Below, piece by piece: positions 1 to 14,800 of a DNA stretch of 64,000 nt. This DNA is from Tubiluchus corallicola (taxonomy: Eukaryota; Animalia; Priapulida). Under the pieces are notes generated by a model. It was not told the DNA's origin. It saw nothing but the letters and a program-made list of their open reading frames with translations, and searched no databases. A program made the translations under genes and the position numbers. Every line of letters begins with the position of its first letter. Position 1 is the stretch's first letter. The stretch lies in the NCBI GenBank assembly GCA_030141605.1, contig JAQGDQ010000236.1:248001-312000 (forward strand). Direction: 5' to 3'.

Positions 1-194
1 TGTGACCTTCCTACATTTTACCACAAACATGTAGGATGACATCATTAATTTTTGATTAATCATCAAAATTCACCGTTCTAAAGCAGATGCAGCTCAATGA
101 GCTGTGCGTAACATGACTGGAGCCTGGCTAGTTATCAACAAAATATCTCAAAGACGAGCCACTGAACCAGCAGAGGAGTTTTAGACATGTTTGC

Positions 195-225
<31 letters not shown>

Positions 226-439
226 TGCGTGCGTGCGTGCACGCGTGCATGTGTGAGGTGCAGGCTACACACTGAAAAACATAACTTTGAGAATATCTCT
301 GTTAAAGTTAGCCACTGTTTTTTTGTCGTGTTTCTACAAAACACTTAGTAACCGCACAAATGTTGGTTGCTACGGACTTTGCAAGAGCACATTGATGTTA
401 TGTTTGAATCAAATAGATGGCTCTTTCTGACAAAGATCT

Positions 440-720
440 GGGCTAGTTCACAGCTGACTAATTTGTCATGGAGTTTGTTAAGCAGGACCCAGTCTAGAAT
501 TTTCACTATCCATGAGGAAAGTATGTCGACTTATGGACGATTTCGGTTTGCAATCATATATATGTATCCAACCTTAAACGAGGTTAATAGTACAGCCGGG
601 CTTACAAATGGTACTACCTGGAGCGAGTGTAGAATCCAGGGGACCACACGCCACATAACAGTGTGTATGGCCTACCTTTTCAGCCATGAACCCCACCACA
701 GATAATATTCGAAGCAGAAC
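440..720 (-). mobile_element. Degraded LINE RT fragment
   Basis: Minus-strand NRP..ILSSWIVKILDWVLLNKL resembles the YRPISLLS..K.LE motif of non-LTR RTs; frameshifted. Confidence 0.35.
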
Positions 721-1127
721 ATTTTACACCTGGATTTTATGTTTTTTTCTATGTCTTATTTTTTAGTATAAATATAGTAACTAGAGAAAATTGCTTAGCT
801 TTATGGATAAAATGCTTCTTATTCTAATTCGTGGAAATATATTAGTTTCCAAGATCAACAGCAAGCAAGGAAAGTGACAACTCGAGCTGAAACATTCATC
901 GTATTTCATATACAGAACTGATGAGATCAGCCAAGTAGCCAGCAAACTCGAAAAAACAAGATCAACGTTTTTCAATCATCGCAAAAAAAATCAGTCTAAA
1001 ATATTGTCAGCTTTGCTTGTTAAAAAATTGTTTAAATGGTAAAAATAAAAGTTTTGTTATGAGTGCTGGCTCAAAATGTTTCAGTAAGACCACTTTTTGA
1101 TAGATATAAGCACAATATTGAACTCAC

Positions 1128-4100
1128 CATAGCTTGTTCATAATCTTTCTCATCAAGAATGCCTATATCATCCAAGCTCATCTCTGCTAATATGACACCA
1201 AGCTTTGTACTAGGACTATACACAAAAAATAGGAAAAAATTATGACTATTCTTACTAGCACGTAAATATAGTGGCACACAACAGACACTCTGGAAAATTT
1301 TCATCTTATTTGTCACTAATTTAAAATTCGAACCCGGATTATCCATGTTCCTAAAGTTTAAACTAACACCTTAGAGCTAATTCTCAGGTGAGAAAATTTA
1401 CAGCATAAACAGCCTAAGAGTCTACATTGTATCAAACATAACACTTGCTAATTAGTTTCTAAGAGCAGGCAAGTAAGAATAAATTAGCACGTCAGAAAAA
1501 ATATCAGCTAACATTGTGCATGAATATAATAATAATCATAATCGTGTATATGACTCATTTATGAAACTTACTTATATATTATGATGTCCATTAAAGCACA
1601 AGAAAACGCTCCACTTACATAAAACTTAAAAAGTTTGTCTAGAAATCTTACTGCCTTTTTGCACGCAGGGCTCGCGTTGCCAGTAATGTTGTATAAAACT
1701 TGTAAATTTAAGCTCCCGCGATGACCGTTAGGTGCAGCCATTTGAGTGGTAGATCGTTTGATACAAGTTTAGATAACATTGCGTGAAGTTTGAAAATATA
1801 ATCAGAGCATTCGTGGCTCACATGTTACTAACCAAGTAAAATTTTAAATTACTGTATTTTGTCAATGACATTAAAAATACGCTTTTGGTTAGTGAGTGGC
1901 ACGCCCTGGTGGGTGAGCCAGCGACACTTTACCAATTGGCACAAACATTTTAAATTAATATTTCTAGTTAAGTAAGTATTTCCAGCAAGTAAGCGAAATG
2001 CTAAATAATATTACATGGAAAGTTTTTTTGGAACATAATTTAACATTAGCTTTTCTTCTCAGATTTATGTTTGGTACAATATTGTGGGAGATTTAAAATG
2101 AAAACAAACAAAATTTCTTTTAACGGGAGTAAGATACATACATAAAATTGCTGTAAAGTAATATAATTTTTACGGCAATTTTTCTGAAACCTACTTCAGG
2201 TACCCCTTTTTAGTCCTTTAAGCAAAATTTAGTCCCTGGGGGAGATTTACTGTTTTTAATCCAATGAAAACATCAAATAGAATGTCTGAATCACTAAACG
2301 ATGTCTACGGTGGATTCATCACTATTGCTGATAACTAAAAAAACTTTTTGTCTTACTTACTCACAATTACTTCTCATTGAAACACTATTTAAAATCTATA
2401 CCCCAAATTTTTCAAACTTGACATACGGAGATTGTAGGTGCATTATTTCAAGTTTTCACAAGATGGTAGAAGTCAGGAACATGTCTGAAAACTATAAGTC
2501 ATTCTTAATTTGTTAGAATATCACTTTGGTAGAACAAACTAAAATTTCTGACTTCATTTCAGTTTCAATTGATCTTAACTTTCAGACTTCAAAGGAAACA
2601 CAATACAAATACACTTACGTTGTTTTAGAAAAAACATTAGCTTGCGTCGTAAGCATCTGACTCACTGCTTCTTTGCCAGTATGATGCTGTAAAGACAAAG
2701 AGATAAACTATTTCCTTTTCTGCGACCACTTTTCACAGAAATAGGCAATTGAAAGGGAAATAGCTATGAAAAATGGAATTGGCCTTATTTTCAATTTTTC
2801 TGCAAATTTAGTACGTACTAGAGACGAAATTTACTATACTTGTTATTTTCCAGCAAAATTAAGCAGTTTTTCAGGCTTTCTCGGCCTTGTTAGAAGTTTT
2901 CCTGGAGTTTTACTTTTTCTGCAACTTATGCACGCACTACGTCCTTTCAGTCTGTTTTTGCATTTGCTAGGAAAAATAAGGGAAATTCTTTAGCGTGAAC
3001 TTGTAAAGTTTGAGGAAACGTTTGAGAAAAGGTTCCCTTGTTCACTCAAGCGCCATGTTGCCATGTCTTCTAAATTTTTTGTATTTATAATAAAACGTTT
3101 TTTATTATATCCTTCTACCTTTCTTCTACCTAAACTTCTATCCTTTTTTCCATCAATTTAAGTTGAACTTTTAAATGGGCGACGAAGGTGATGTTCGGTC
3201 AGAGTAAAACAATCTGCATGATCTAACGATGTTGTGCATCTGACAGCTTGAGAAGGGCCAGGCAATTTCCCAATGATCTGTACAAATATGACAGCATATT
3301 GTTCTGTAAATTTTGTGCATGAATTACATGTTGGTGTTCTTATGTTATGCAAAGCCAAGTGCAAATGCCTGATAGACTACATACTTCGTTGATATAAGAA
3401 GTAATACTTTTATTTACAATCTATCATATAATTTGATGATAAGTGTTAGTTATACGGTCATGTAGCTTGTAGTTTCTGTGAAGCAGAATTGACGATTCTT
3501 TAAAATGGAATTTGGTGAATTTTGAAACAGAAAATCGGAAGGCCTGTGCCTTGTAAAAAAGAGACGCATGCATCTTGGTATTCTTAGAAACATTGTTTAT
3601 GTTATTATTATTATTATCATTATTGCTGAATAAAAAACCAAGCAGGAATAATCATCTACACTGCCACTACAGATTAAACTAAAAAGTTCAAATACCAAAA
3701 AAAATTCTTATTCATAAGCATGTACGTCAAATGTGCAGTCTTAGTATAATACATTCTATAACCCGTGAAAATAATGCCGCACCAAAACCCAACTGTATAT
3801 GGTACGTCCTCGCTTAACGACTCTTCGTTGAGCAACGTTCCATTTTAACGATGCTGAACATTTGACACCTTTTTCTTACTTAACGATGCACCATTTTGTT
3901 TTAACGACAATTTTTTTACTTTGCTCACAGAAATTTTTAATTTTATCAGCAACTTTTTTTACCTAATTCGAAGAGTTAAAACGGTACATATTGTGTTATT
4001 CTGTTCTAAAAATGCATTACCCTAAATAGTGCAATTATTACAATGTTTTTGCTTCTCGACTGACTACGTACTAAATCCTAGCCGTTTGTATCAAACGACA

Positions 4101-7100
4101 CCCGAGTTTAAACTTTGTGCCAAGGAATTTGGTCTGTAACCTGTTGCTCTAAAAAACAGAGTTGTACATGAAATTGTCTCAAGGTCACTCCATGTAGACC
4201 TTGGCTTTCACTACGTATTGTTAAACACGCCAGCGTTTAAACGGGAGGAGAAATCACTAGCAAGTCTTGCTAGATACTCGTAAGTAAGATAGGTGGTCTC
4301 AAGCAAACAGAGAGAAATTAATCAGTAAAAATATGAATAAAACTCATAAAACATTTAATTTATATGATTTAAGCAGCATTGATGCATTGATTTTTGGTTC
4401 TGGAACGCATTACAATTCGTTTACATTACTTAATATGGACGTTTTGGTTTCGTTTAACAACGTTTCGCTTAAGGTTAACGTTTAGCTGGAACGCATTAGC
4501 GTCGTTAAGCGAGGACTTACTGTACTACAATTTTTTCCAGACAGTGATATTACATTTCTGTTGGCAAAATAACCTTATTGCAAAAGTGCTGATCCATGGT
4601 AACAATGTTATTTAAAAGGACGTACAATGCATGATTAATGTAAAATGATAGGAGAAAACTAATATGGATTTTTGGTTGCTTTAATGAATGATGGATAAAC
4701 AAGAAACAAGGGACTCATCCAATAACTTCAGTAAGCTATCAATAAGTTTTTGTTAAAAAAGTCACTTTCTACACATGACACGATAGCAGATTTTTTGGAT
4801 TTTTTTTGTTCAAAATGTACACATTTAACAGACAAGGTAGGTACAGAAACAGTCATTATCACATAATCAAAATAGAATTATTGGTGCATCGTGACTTAAC
4901 ACACCACAAATAGTGTAAATTTTTAGCACTCAAATCTCACCTGGCGACTTCTACGAGTTTGCTGAAGTAGCTGAGAGAGATGAAAAGTGGCTTCACCTAG
5001 AAGAAGATCCCCTTTTACTTCATCTCTCTGCCATAACTCCACAACTAGTGGTGTACTAAAACACAAACATCAAAGAAGATGAACAACCGCAGCCAACAAT
5101 TATTCTCATAAGTTTTATTTATTCTCATTTATTATGAGATATCTATAAACTATAAACTCTAAGCAGAACAGGATTTAAGCACTGGAGTTGTGAATGGGAA
5201 AAAAAACAACCTTCCCCTTGTCCTCTCCTCCTATGTGTGACAGTATCGATATTTATTAACTCTCTTCTTTTTTCAGCCTTAGTTCTTCATTGTATATGCA
5301 TAATTATATTTATGTTCATTTATGATGTCATCGTACCTCAAAACTGGGTAGGATGTGAAAAATCATGCTGTTCTCCTTTAATCTCTTTTAAAGTCTTTTT
5401 GACGGAAAAGTTGACTTTGTATCGCAGTCATTGATGAGCAAGGGTTAAAATAATACAAGGTCTAGCCAACAAATGTTACACTGACATAGCACCTCAATGG
5501 TTTATAAAGTTTGCTTTGATATAATCAGATAAAGACGAAAAATTGCTTGAATAGCATAGACCATGCGAGCGAATCCAAACTACGAAATTTTGAAGGACAT
5601 ATCTGACTTGAGAAGCTTGCTGATTCAATACATAATCAAAATTAGTTTTTAACAAGCTGAAAATCATTTTGCAGGCAGGTTTAAAAGAATTTTTATCAAA
5701 ACACTTAGAGCTGATAATACTGATAGATCGAGTAAGCACATTGGCTCGGTAGAAGACTGTAGTGGCATTGCAATTTTGATGTGCAGCTTAGAAACTAATT
5801 GTTATTCCATTAAAAAATGTCTAGTACGTGAGAGCCTGATCACTTGTATGGAGGAAAATGCCATTTACCTGACCAGGTTATGCTGTAAATGCTTTGGCAA
5901 TGTGGCAAAATCAAATGCACAGAATGAATTCTTTAGTTTTGTTTCTAAATTTGGCATTACTTCGACTGCCGGATGAGTCATTATGGGTGCTGAACTCCCG
6001 AAAAATGGATATTGGTACCTGAAAAACATTAATAAGATAAACTGTTAAAAATGAAAAGTAGTCACAACATTGCACAATGCACATACCCTTGCCAAATAAT
6101 GCATTTTAATATAATGTAGTCTCATGTATTGTAAAATAAATTAACCCGAGGATGCCAGTTATTATACCATCAAGCTAAAGCGTAGTATAGAAGACAGAAT
6201 ACCTTGGTTACATCTGAAAACCTGAAATATCTATTACTTTACCTAATAACCAATTACTAAATGATTGGCTTTTTATAACAAGACAATTTCGCCTTATTTC
6301 TGTAAAAAACCATCAACATGAAGCGAAGCACTTGAAAGTACAAAAATGCAGAAAAATGCAAATTTTGAAACTTATCTGCATTTGATTGAGAGTAAACACA
6401 AACACATGATATGAGTCACTATTATACATCTATTGTTTATTAATGCACGGCAAATATAGTCAGGCAATTAATCTTTTACTTATGGAGAGAAAAATAATCA
6501 GTAAACAAGATTACCTAAAATTTCTGCTATCACAAATCACTATTGCGTGAAGCCTTACTTGATTTGCAGCATACTTATCAGGCAACAAACGAAATTGACG
6601 AATTTTGTGCTCCATAATTAAGAATTGTTTTAATTTTTAGCCACAGAATACACGCACTCTTAAACTAAAAACATTAACTGACATAAGAACAGAGTTAGCA
6701 TTAAACTTTGCAAGTAAGATCATTCAGTCAGAAGCACATTATCATTTGATACCAGCCGACCAAAATCAGTTTAATTTTAACTTAAGATAATCTGAAATTG
6801 CTGAAGAATTCTGTAGACCTAACAGCAATTTCTATTCTGCTATACCACATTTTAAAGTTTGTTAAATGACAATAACCTTATTCTAGCTAACAAATAGGAT
6901 TTAAAATGGTATAGATTTGTGTTTTTATATGTTATTATTTTTAAATTGGTCATGACTTTTGTTAGTATAAACTGACTTTATTCAGCATTCTGCAGTGTGA
7001 GCGCTAATACACAGCATACTTACTTACTAACCAACAAAATGAATATTGCTACATAATCGCTATTATCATTTAAGCTTTACCTTACTAATTGCAGGACTAC

Positions 7101-8758
7101 AGCACTGCATTTGCACCTGCAGAAAACGAGCCCAAAAAATCCCTATTCATTTTACCTGAGATAACATCGCTTTACAGCGGGCGTGGTTTCTATAATAGTT
7201 AGTGTCTTCAAAAATATGGAAGCCCGGAAATGATGCTGCAGGTCGGAATCAGTTGCTACTTCATGAGTCTCGGTTGTGCTTAAACTATCAGGCAAAGGTG
7301 ATGAACGCTTGACTGTCCGCTGTGCATCACCGTGATCTGTTAAACAAAAATATTTAACAGAAATTGAAGGATGAGAAAAGGGGCACCTAAAGTAGGTTTC
7401 AGGAAAATCGCCTTAAAAAATTATATTACTTTACAGCAATTTTATGCATAGATCATACTCGCGTTAAAAGGAATTTTTGTTTGTTTTCATTCTAAATCTA
7501 CCAAAATACTGTTCCGATGGCGCCATTACAAGACATCACTATGCAAACGTAAATCAGGGGAAGAAAAGGCAATGTTAAATTATGTCACAAAAGCTTTCCA
7601 TGCAATTCTATATTACTTAGCATTTTGCTTACTTACTGGAAAGACCTATGTAACTAGAAATAATAATTTAAAATATTTGTGCCGATTGGCAAAATGTTTC
7701 TGGCTCACCCTCTAGGTTGCGGCACTCACTAATCAAAAACGTATTTTTATCTTATTGACAAGATACAGTCATTTAAAATTTTACTTAGTTAGTGACATGT
7801 GCGCTACGAATGCTCTGATTATTTTTTCAAACTTTACTCTGTGTTATCTAAACTTGTTTCAAATGACCTACCATCAAAATGGTTGTGCGTAACAGTCATT
7901 GCAGAAGTTTAAATTTACAGGTTTTATACAGCATTACTGATGATGCAAACCCTGCATGCAAAAAGACAGTATGTAAGCGGTATAAAATTTCAAGACGAAT
8001 TTTTTAAGCTTATGTAAGTGGAGGGTTTTCTTGTGCTTTAAGCCATTAACTACAAAGTTTTACGAATGGTGATACGTATCTGATTCTACATGGGTCAGTT
8101 AGTAAAGCCACTAATGTGCCAGTAGCTTAACAAGTATGCCAAGGAATGAAGCCAGTTAAACTTTAGGCACACTTAAATATGTGGGCTCTTTTCCACAAGA
8201 TATAAAAAAACATATGACTAAAGTCACTATTTTTGTCAAAACTTGAAGATAATAACACCAAATTACCTTGAGTGCTTGGGTTCATAAGCTCCTTTGCTTC
8301 TTTGTTTTTGGATGGTGTAGACCTAGCACTAGAAACATTGGTATCATGCTCTGGGTGACTAGCAACACTCTTTGTTTTGAATACCTCCTGTGTAACATTA
8401 TACAACAGACTAAGAAAAATAATAATGTTTGTCACATAATTATTGTGACATAATTATTGCAAATCATACACATAAATGTTGTATTTACATGCTATATAAT
8501 AATTACATACAAAGTAATATTTGTGATAAAAGAGATCTTTTAAGTTTGTTTATTGTAAACAATACTGAACGTATATGTTACCAATTCCTACAAGAACATT
8601 AGAAGGAAAGATGAGGAGGAAAGAAGGAGGAAAAAGAGAAGGGATGAAGGTTTGATGGACAGAAAAGAGACAAGCTAGTGAAGCAATATTAAACCAGTTT
8701 ATAAGATTACCAAACCAGCGGCACTAGAATATGAAACACCATTATTAGGATCATCATC

Positions 8759-8812
<54 letters not shown>

Positions 8813-11800
8813 TTATTTCACTCCAGCAATACATATACAATACAACAACATACAATATTATTGAAACAAAAAGAAACAGTATAGGTAAAAAAAAACATTG
8901 ATGGAGTCAAATTAACCAAGTAAAAGAGTTGCTGTATGACACCTTGAAAGCTTGACTTGTTAAGGTGGCACAAATGAGTGAATGAAAGAATGGTTAGGGC
9001 TAGTAGACATGATGGAATGGGAAAAATAGTAAGATTAGGGATAGGAAGAAGGAAAAGAGGATAAGAAATGACCACAGTGTGTGTTTAATTTACATAGAGG
9101 TATATTAAAATAGCATTATAATTGATTGGGGGCCATATATTGCGACTGCATGAGACATGGAACCACTAAAATTGTATTATAAGTATGAATCCAAAATGGT
9201 CCTTTTCAAGTGAACATAAAAATGAACATTTGTTAACACCTCCGAAGCCTGCAAAAACTAGAGTGAGAGACACAGAGAGTGCAGTAACAACACAAACAAC
9301 GATGAGACTAAGCAGTTTTCATTGCTATTAAGAAGATAAATACCATGAATAATTTCAATAAACAAAAACTTATGATAAGGAGATAATAAAATAGCAATTT
9401 TTGCTAACAACCATCTTTATAAAACAAGAAAGTATTCGTCGCATACAATGGTAAAATATAGCAACTACACAAAATTAAAAACCAGGCAAAAAAAATTTAT
9501 ATCTACTATTAAGCATTCTATCAGCGAAGCATCATCAAAACTCACCTTCTTTGAGAGTGTTTTAGATGATGGTCGATCACGCTGAGGTGGTGAGTAAATT
9601 GCAGGATTGTTTACACTTAGTTCAGGACTCTTTGGTGGAGTTGCCACAAGAAATGCTTGATTCTAAATTCCAAGAGAATTTATTTTCATGCAAATCTAAT
9701 AAAATAAGTGTTAAAAGCGCCTTTTGAAGCTATTAGTAAATACTGCTGATCAGTTTGCAGCAAGTGACATAACAATATGCATTCAAGAAAATAAGAGCTG
9801 CTTATGAAATTATGATAATATACACTAAGAAAAGCAAATTAGCGGTACGCTATACATTACACACAAACAAGAAAACAAATTATTTACAAGATTTGGCTAT
9901 TGCAATTGTAATGACTCATAACTAAACTTTTAAGAAAAAAACTGCAATGAGCAAAGATCAGTGAAACATAATGAACATTGATCAGTGACTTTTAGATCAC
10001 TAAAATTGCTTACTTATAGGTATAAACCAAATGTTACGAACAATTTTATAAAAAATCAGAGCCAAAGTTTAAATCTATATACACGACTAAGAACTTAGTT
10101 ATCTATTTAAAATGTACAAACTCTTTTACCTCTAGGCTGCAAGCAATGACAATTTACGTATCATCAGTTTTAGACAAAATTCTTTTTAAGATCTCACCTG
10201 TTCCACTTTTGATAAAATTGCAACAAGCCCAACGCATGGCGAAAGCTCCTCTGGTAAAACTGGTAGTTTTTCTTTAACACGTTCAGGTGGCGACATCTGG
10301 GTAAGAAAACACAAAGTTAAATAAAAGTTGAACTGATGAATGATGTAATGGCAGTGTAAATAATCTTTTGATTTCCGGCACTAAGAAGATACAACAATTG
10401 AAACTCTACATGTTTTGTTATGCAAAAATAGTATGAAGTAGTAAATTACGTCAAGCAATTTAAAAAAACAACAACAACTGCAGAATAAATATCATTTCAC
10501 TGCTTTAACTCAAAAATTCATCGGTCATGGAAACAGTATCAGTCACAAAGAGAGAAAGTAACAGTACATCATTGTCATTAGATACAAACTAATGAAATAT
10601 GGGAGTGTCATTAAACAAGGGCTTACTGTATACTTGAATTAATCCTCACCCTTTAATTAGTGAAATGCAAATAAATCACAACCATTTTTATTATCCTTCA
10701 TGACCAGGGCAGATTATGACTTTGTGGGTCCCAAAGGCTAATAAAATTATGGTTCCCCTCAGAGGGCGCCACCCTCTAACTCGCCCGTATCTCTCTTAAA
10801 TATTTTTACTCATGTTATATTTTAGTAACATTTACACAACTCTAAGTAACCTTATAGCAAATTCTTTAAATAAACATTCTTTAAGAAATACCATTATTTT
10901 ACTATTTATTGCAAACCAAATTAGCACATATTTCAATATAATCATAGAGTGAAAAAATAGAATTTTACCAAATGTTACCAAAGTTTGAGGGCCCCTATGC
11001 TGTAGCCTATAGGATGATCTGGCACTGCTCATGGAATTTTGCTATGAATTTAGAAAATCCACTATTAGCATTTCCCTTACTTAAAAGCTAGGACAGATAT
11101 GGTCAGTTCTTATTTACACAATGGCTAACTGCACGTCAAAAAACTTGTTCATTAGAAATAGTCTATTGAAATGCTGAATGTTGTTGAACAGGGGAGATCT
11201 ATCAAATTTCACATTTTTACTAAAATAATTTGTGAAAAAATGAACACAAAACAAAAAATACCATATTTGCTAATAATCTTCACTTATACCTTGTGTTTCT
11301 TTCAGTTGTAAGTGAAAAAATTTCTGTACTAGACCAAATAAATAGATCGTTAGATTTTCACAGGAACAGACGATATTTCTGGTGATATTTTATAATTATG
11401 CATCAAGATAATCAAGGTAAACAAATGCACGACGTAGCATAAATGATTCAAATTTTCGTTTACACCTAGGTGTTTACAGGAGCAATGCAAAGATAAACGA
11501 AGATTAACTATCAAACTATAGCTGTTTTACACAATATTAGGTATAATAGCAAAACAGTATTTACCTGAAATAACCCTTCGGTTATGAGAGGCTGAGTAGA
11601 TGATTCGGAAGAAGAATCAGAAAACAGGGTACTCAGTGAAATCTCTACACTGCCAAGGCTTCGATCACCAGAACACAAGTGTACCTAGCCGAATAAAATT
11701 GTTTCAAAATGCACTAAGAGACAGTAGAGAATAATTCAGAAAATAAGGCAGAAAGACAAGCGATGAGACAGAATTTAAGCTTGGTCATCAGCAGATCCAC

Positions 11801-14800
11801 AAGCTGGCTTTTCAGCCGTCCTGTTCTAAGACCAGCAAGTCGCTCAGAGAGAGGCTTCTTAAACCTCCAATAGAAAATTGTGTTTAGTTGTGACATCATC
11901 ACTGTCCGTGCTTGTTGTCCATTAACTATGCTTTCAAGCTAATATTAAATTACATACATTTGGTATCATTATAGCTGATAAAATGTATATTTTTTACCAT
12001 ACTACGCTTTTAAGCTAATATTAAATTACATACATTTGGTATCATTATAGTTGATAAAATATATATTTTTTACTATACATCAGAATAGGATAGAGTCTGA
12101 AAAACTGTCCTGTTTTCCTTTAATTGATTTTTGTAGAACTTTCCAAACAGTAATAAGCCTTTTCACAGTTCCAGCGATTGATGATGATCGTGAAAAGGTC
12201 AAAGGTTAAGTGTACCAGACAACACATTTGTGTATGCTTGACAATGCCTCGCAGCCCATGCTGTTGTAATAGTAACAGTTTTGAGAGCTAGCTAGAAGAC
12301 CTAGTTCATATTTTCTTGTTCCTAAGCAAGATCCTGTTAGTAAATCACTCTACTTGCAAACTAATAAAAAATTAAGTCCCCGTAAAACAACTGACATTAT
12401 TGAACTAATGCAGGAGAGAGCTTTGCTTTTGCCACGCATCACATGATGGTTCTAGTTAAGACACGTTGCTGTGGAACACTTAACATTTGACCTATAGAAA
12501 CTGCATGTGCGCACAACAAAACTATGAAAAGGCTTATTGTGGCAACATGCAAAAACTTAGGAGCTGTAAGCCTAGCCCATTAACTGATGGTCGGCATTAT
12601 ATCCGTCAAAACCATATGTCACATGAATCTTACTTGAACAGGTTGTTGATTGCGAAAAAATTCTTTCAGAGTCTCCAAGTTGCTTCGAATTCTAACCGAA
12701 CTACGCTCTGCAGCAAAATTGGGGCTGACCAGGTCAGAGAATGATTCAGTCTTAACGTCATTGCCCAGAAGTGTGTAGAAAAAATACAAGTTATTCGGCT
12801 CTGGTAACTGAAACGCCGATGGCACAAGCTGGAATGAAAATGACGCGAGATAACCGACTGCAGTAAAATTAAGTCCAGCCATACTGGATGGAAACTTTTG
12901 ATCACTTGGAATTCTTACAGTGCATTCAGACTAAAGAGTTTTCTCTCAAGAGTTCTCTCTGAGAGTTTCCGCAGTGAATAGAGCTTGTCTGAGAGACACT
13001 CGCGAAACTCTCAGCAACACTCGGAGAATTTGCAATAACTTATCGAGAAAAATGAACTACGGCCAAATCACGTTGAAAACACCGGTTGTCGTCTGATCAC
13101 TGAAGTTAAGCAATGTAGAGCCTGGTTAGTACTTGGATGGGTGACCGCCTAGGAATACCAGGTGCTGTAGGCTTGCGGGATGCCCACACTGTATCTCGAC
13201 ACTAGGCGGAAGAGCTGCACAAGGCAGCCAACGGCTAGAGGGCGGAGGAGGTCAAGTGATCCAACGGCCATGTGTAGAGGAGTAAACCTTCCAAATCAGG
13301 AGTGGAGCCCCGAAGGCGGACCAGTGCAGCATGCTCACTGACTCTGGCAGCTCCTGCAGCCAACCTGGTGCCAAACGTATCGCTCCGCTTTCCTTTGGAC
13401 TACACCAGCGAGGAAGAGAGCGGGTTCCTGTTGTCTGGGCAACTCAGGATCTCCATACACCTTACCCAGGCGTGCGCCCCGGAGACGTTCAAAGATCGAT
13501 CAATGACTCTCTTGGCACACACTCCATTGTCTTCCGAGACAGAAGGATGCCAACCATCGAGAAAACTTGCACTGTTCACACTTGTGAGGATGCTCTCAGA
13601 GAAAATCTCTAGTCTGAACACACTGCTAGCATGACAACTGTTGTAAAATGTAAATATACAGTTTCAATTTCACCAACAAAGAAAAGAAGTCATAAAGAAC
13701 AATTTGTCAAGTTACAGCACCATAATGTACACAATGTTACATACTTCATAACTCAGCTGACACAAAGGCAAATTACCTATGAATGAAAAAGGCCCCTCGA
13801 CTGCTTGCAACAATAATAATGCAGAGTTAAGGAAAAAGTTCAGCAGCCATATAAATGATTAAAACCAATATTTTAATACACTTAAGTAAAACTTTATGAT
13901 CCAGGGATAGATTTTGTTTGTAAATATTGTAAATAAAAGGTTAATTTAACTTTACAAAATCCATTAACTAAAGTTCTCATAAAGGAATTAGCACTAGGTT
14001 GAATCAACGGTTCTACAAAGGCAGTAACTAGCACTGAAAACCTCTTCACAAAGCTCAATATCTTACCTGAGTTAAATTTGCAGCAAATGCAATAGTGAAA
14101 GACAAGACAAACATGTCCTTACAGAGATATGGTGGTCCAACCTGATAGTAATTCTGCTCATCATGAAGACGCGGTGTTAAGTCTTCAGGTCTGTGCAGAA
14201 CTGAACGAAGCGGTGGTACTTTATCTGTGTGAAATATTATAAGTAATTAGCTATATATATAAATATGTACGAGCACCTCTAAAAGATGTATGTTTACTAT
14301 ACTCAACAAGTTTCTAGGTTTGCATGCTTTTTGTGGCACAGCAGATTAGAAGTTTATTTTCATTTACAGATATTATGTTGAACAAACTTGCCAGAGGTGC
14401 TTGTGAAAATGATTATAACGATTGTGCTTTACTTCAATTCAATTACGCAGCTTAAGAGGAACAGAATTAATACATATACTACCAAAGGCCCCGCAAAAGA
14501 TTTTGCGTAAAAAACCACGTATAATAAATAATACGCGAAGATCCATATTTGGAGGTTTTTAGATGGCCATTTTTGGAGGTTTTTCGCCCCCCCCTTCCTT
14601 CCGGTGGGCCCAATTCGAAAAATAAACCATCAATGGCACGACACTAGATCGAGACCTTTCGTTTGATATATAGATCGCCGCAAATGGTGCCCTCGTCCGG
14701 GCTGTAGCCTCGAATCTTATATATAAATAAATATATTAAGATACCAAGAATATTAATATAATATATGAAACAGTATTTAGCCACTTCTTGATTATGTAAG

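Noticed and set aside
13055-13174. Functional 5S rRNA gene
   Set aside because: No oligo-T terminator, several substitutions, not in a tandem array, and fused to a shared body with TSDs. It is a SINE head.
13302-13634. Duplicated ORFs (MEPRR...) here and at 28845
   Set aside because: Chance frames within the GC-rich SINE body, disrupted differently in each copy.
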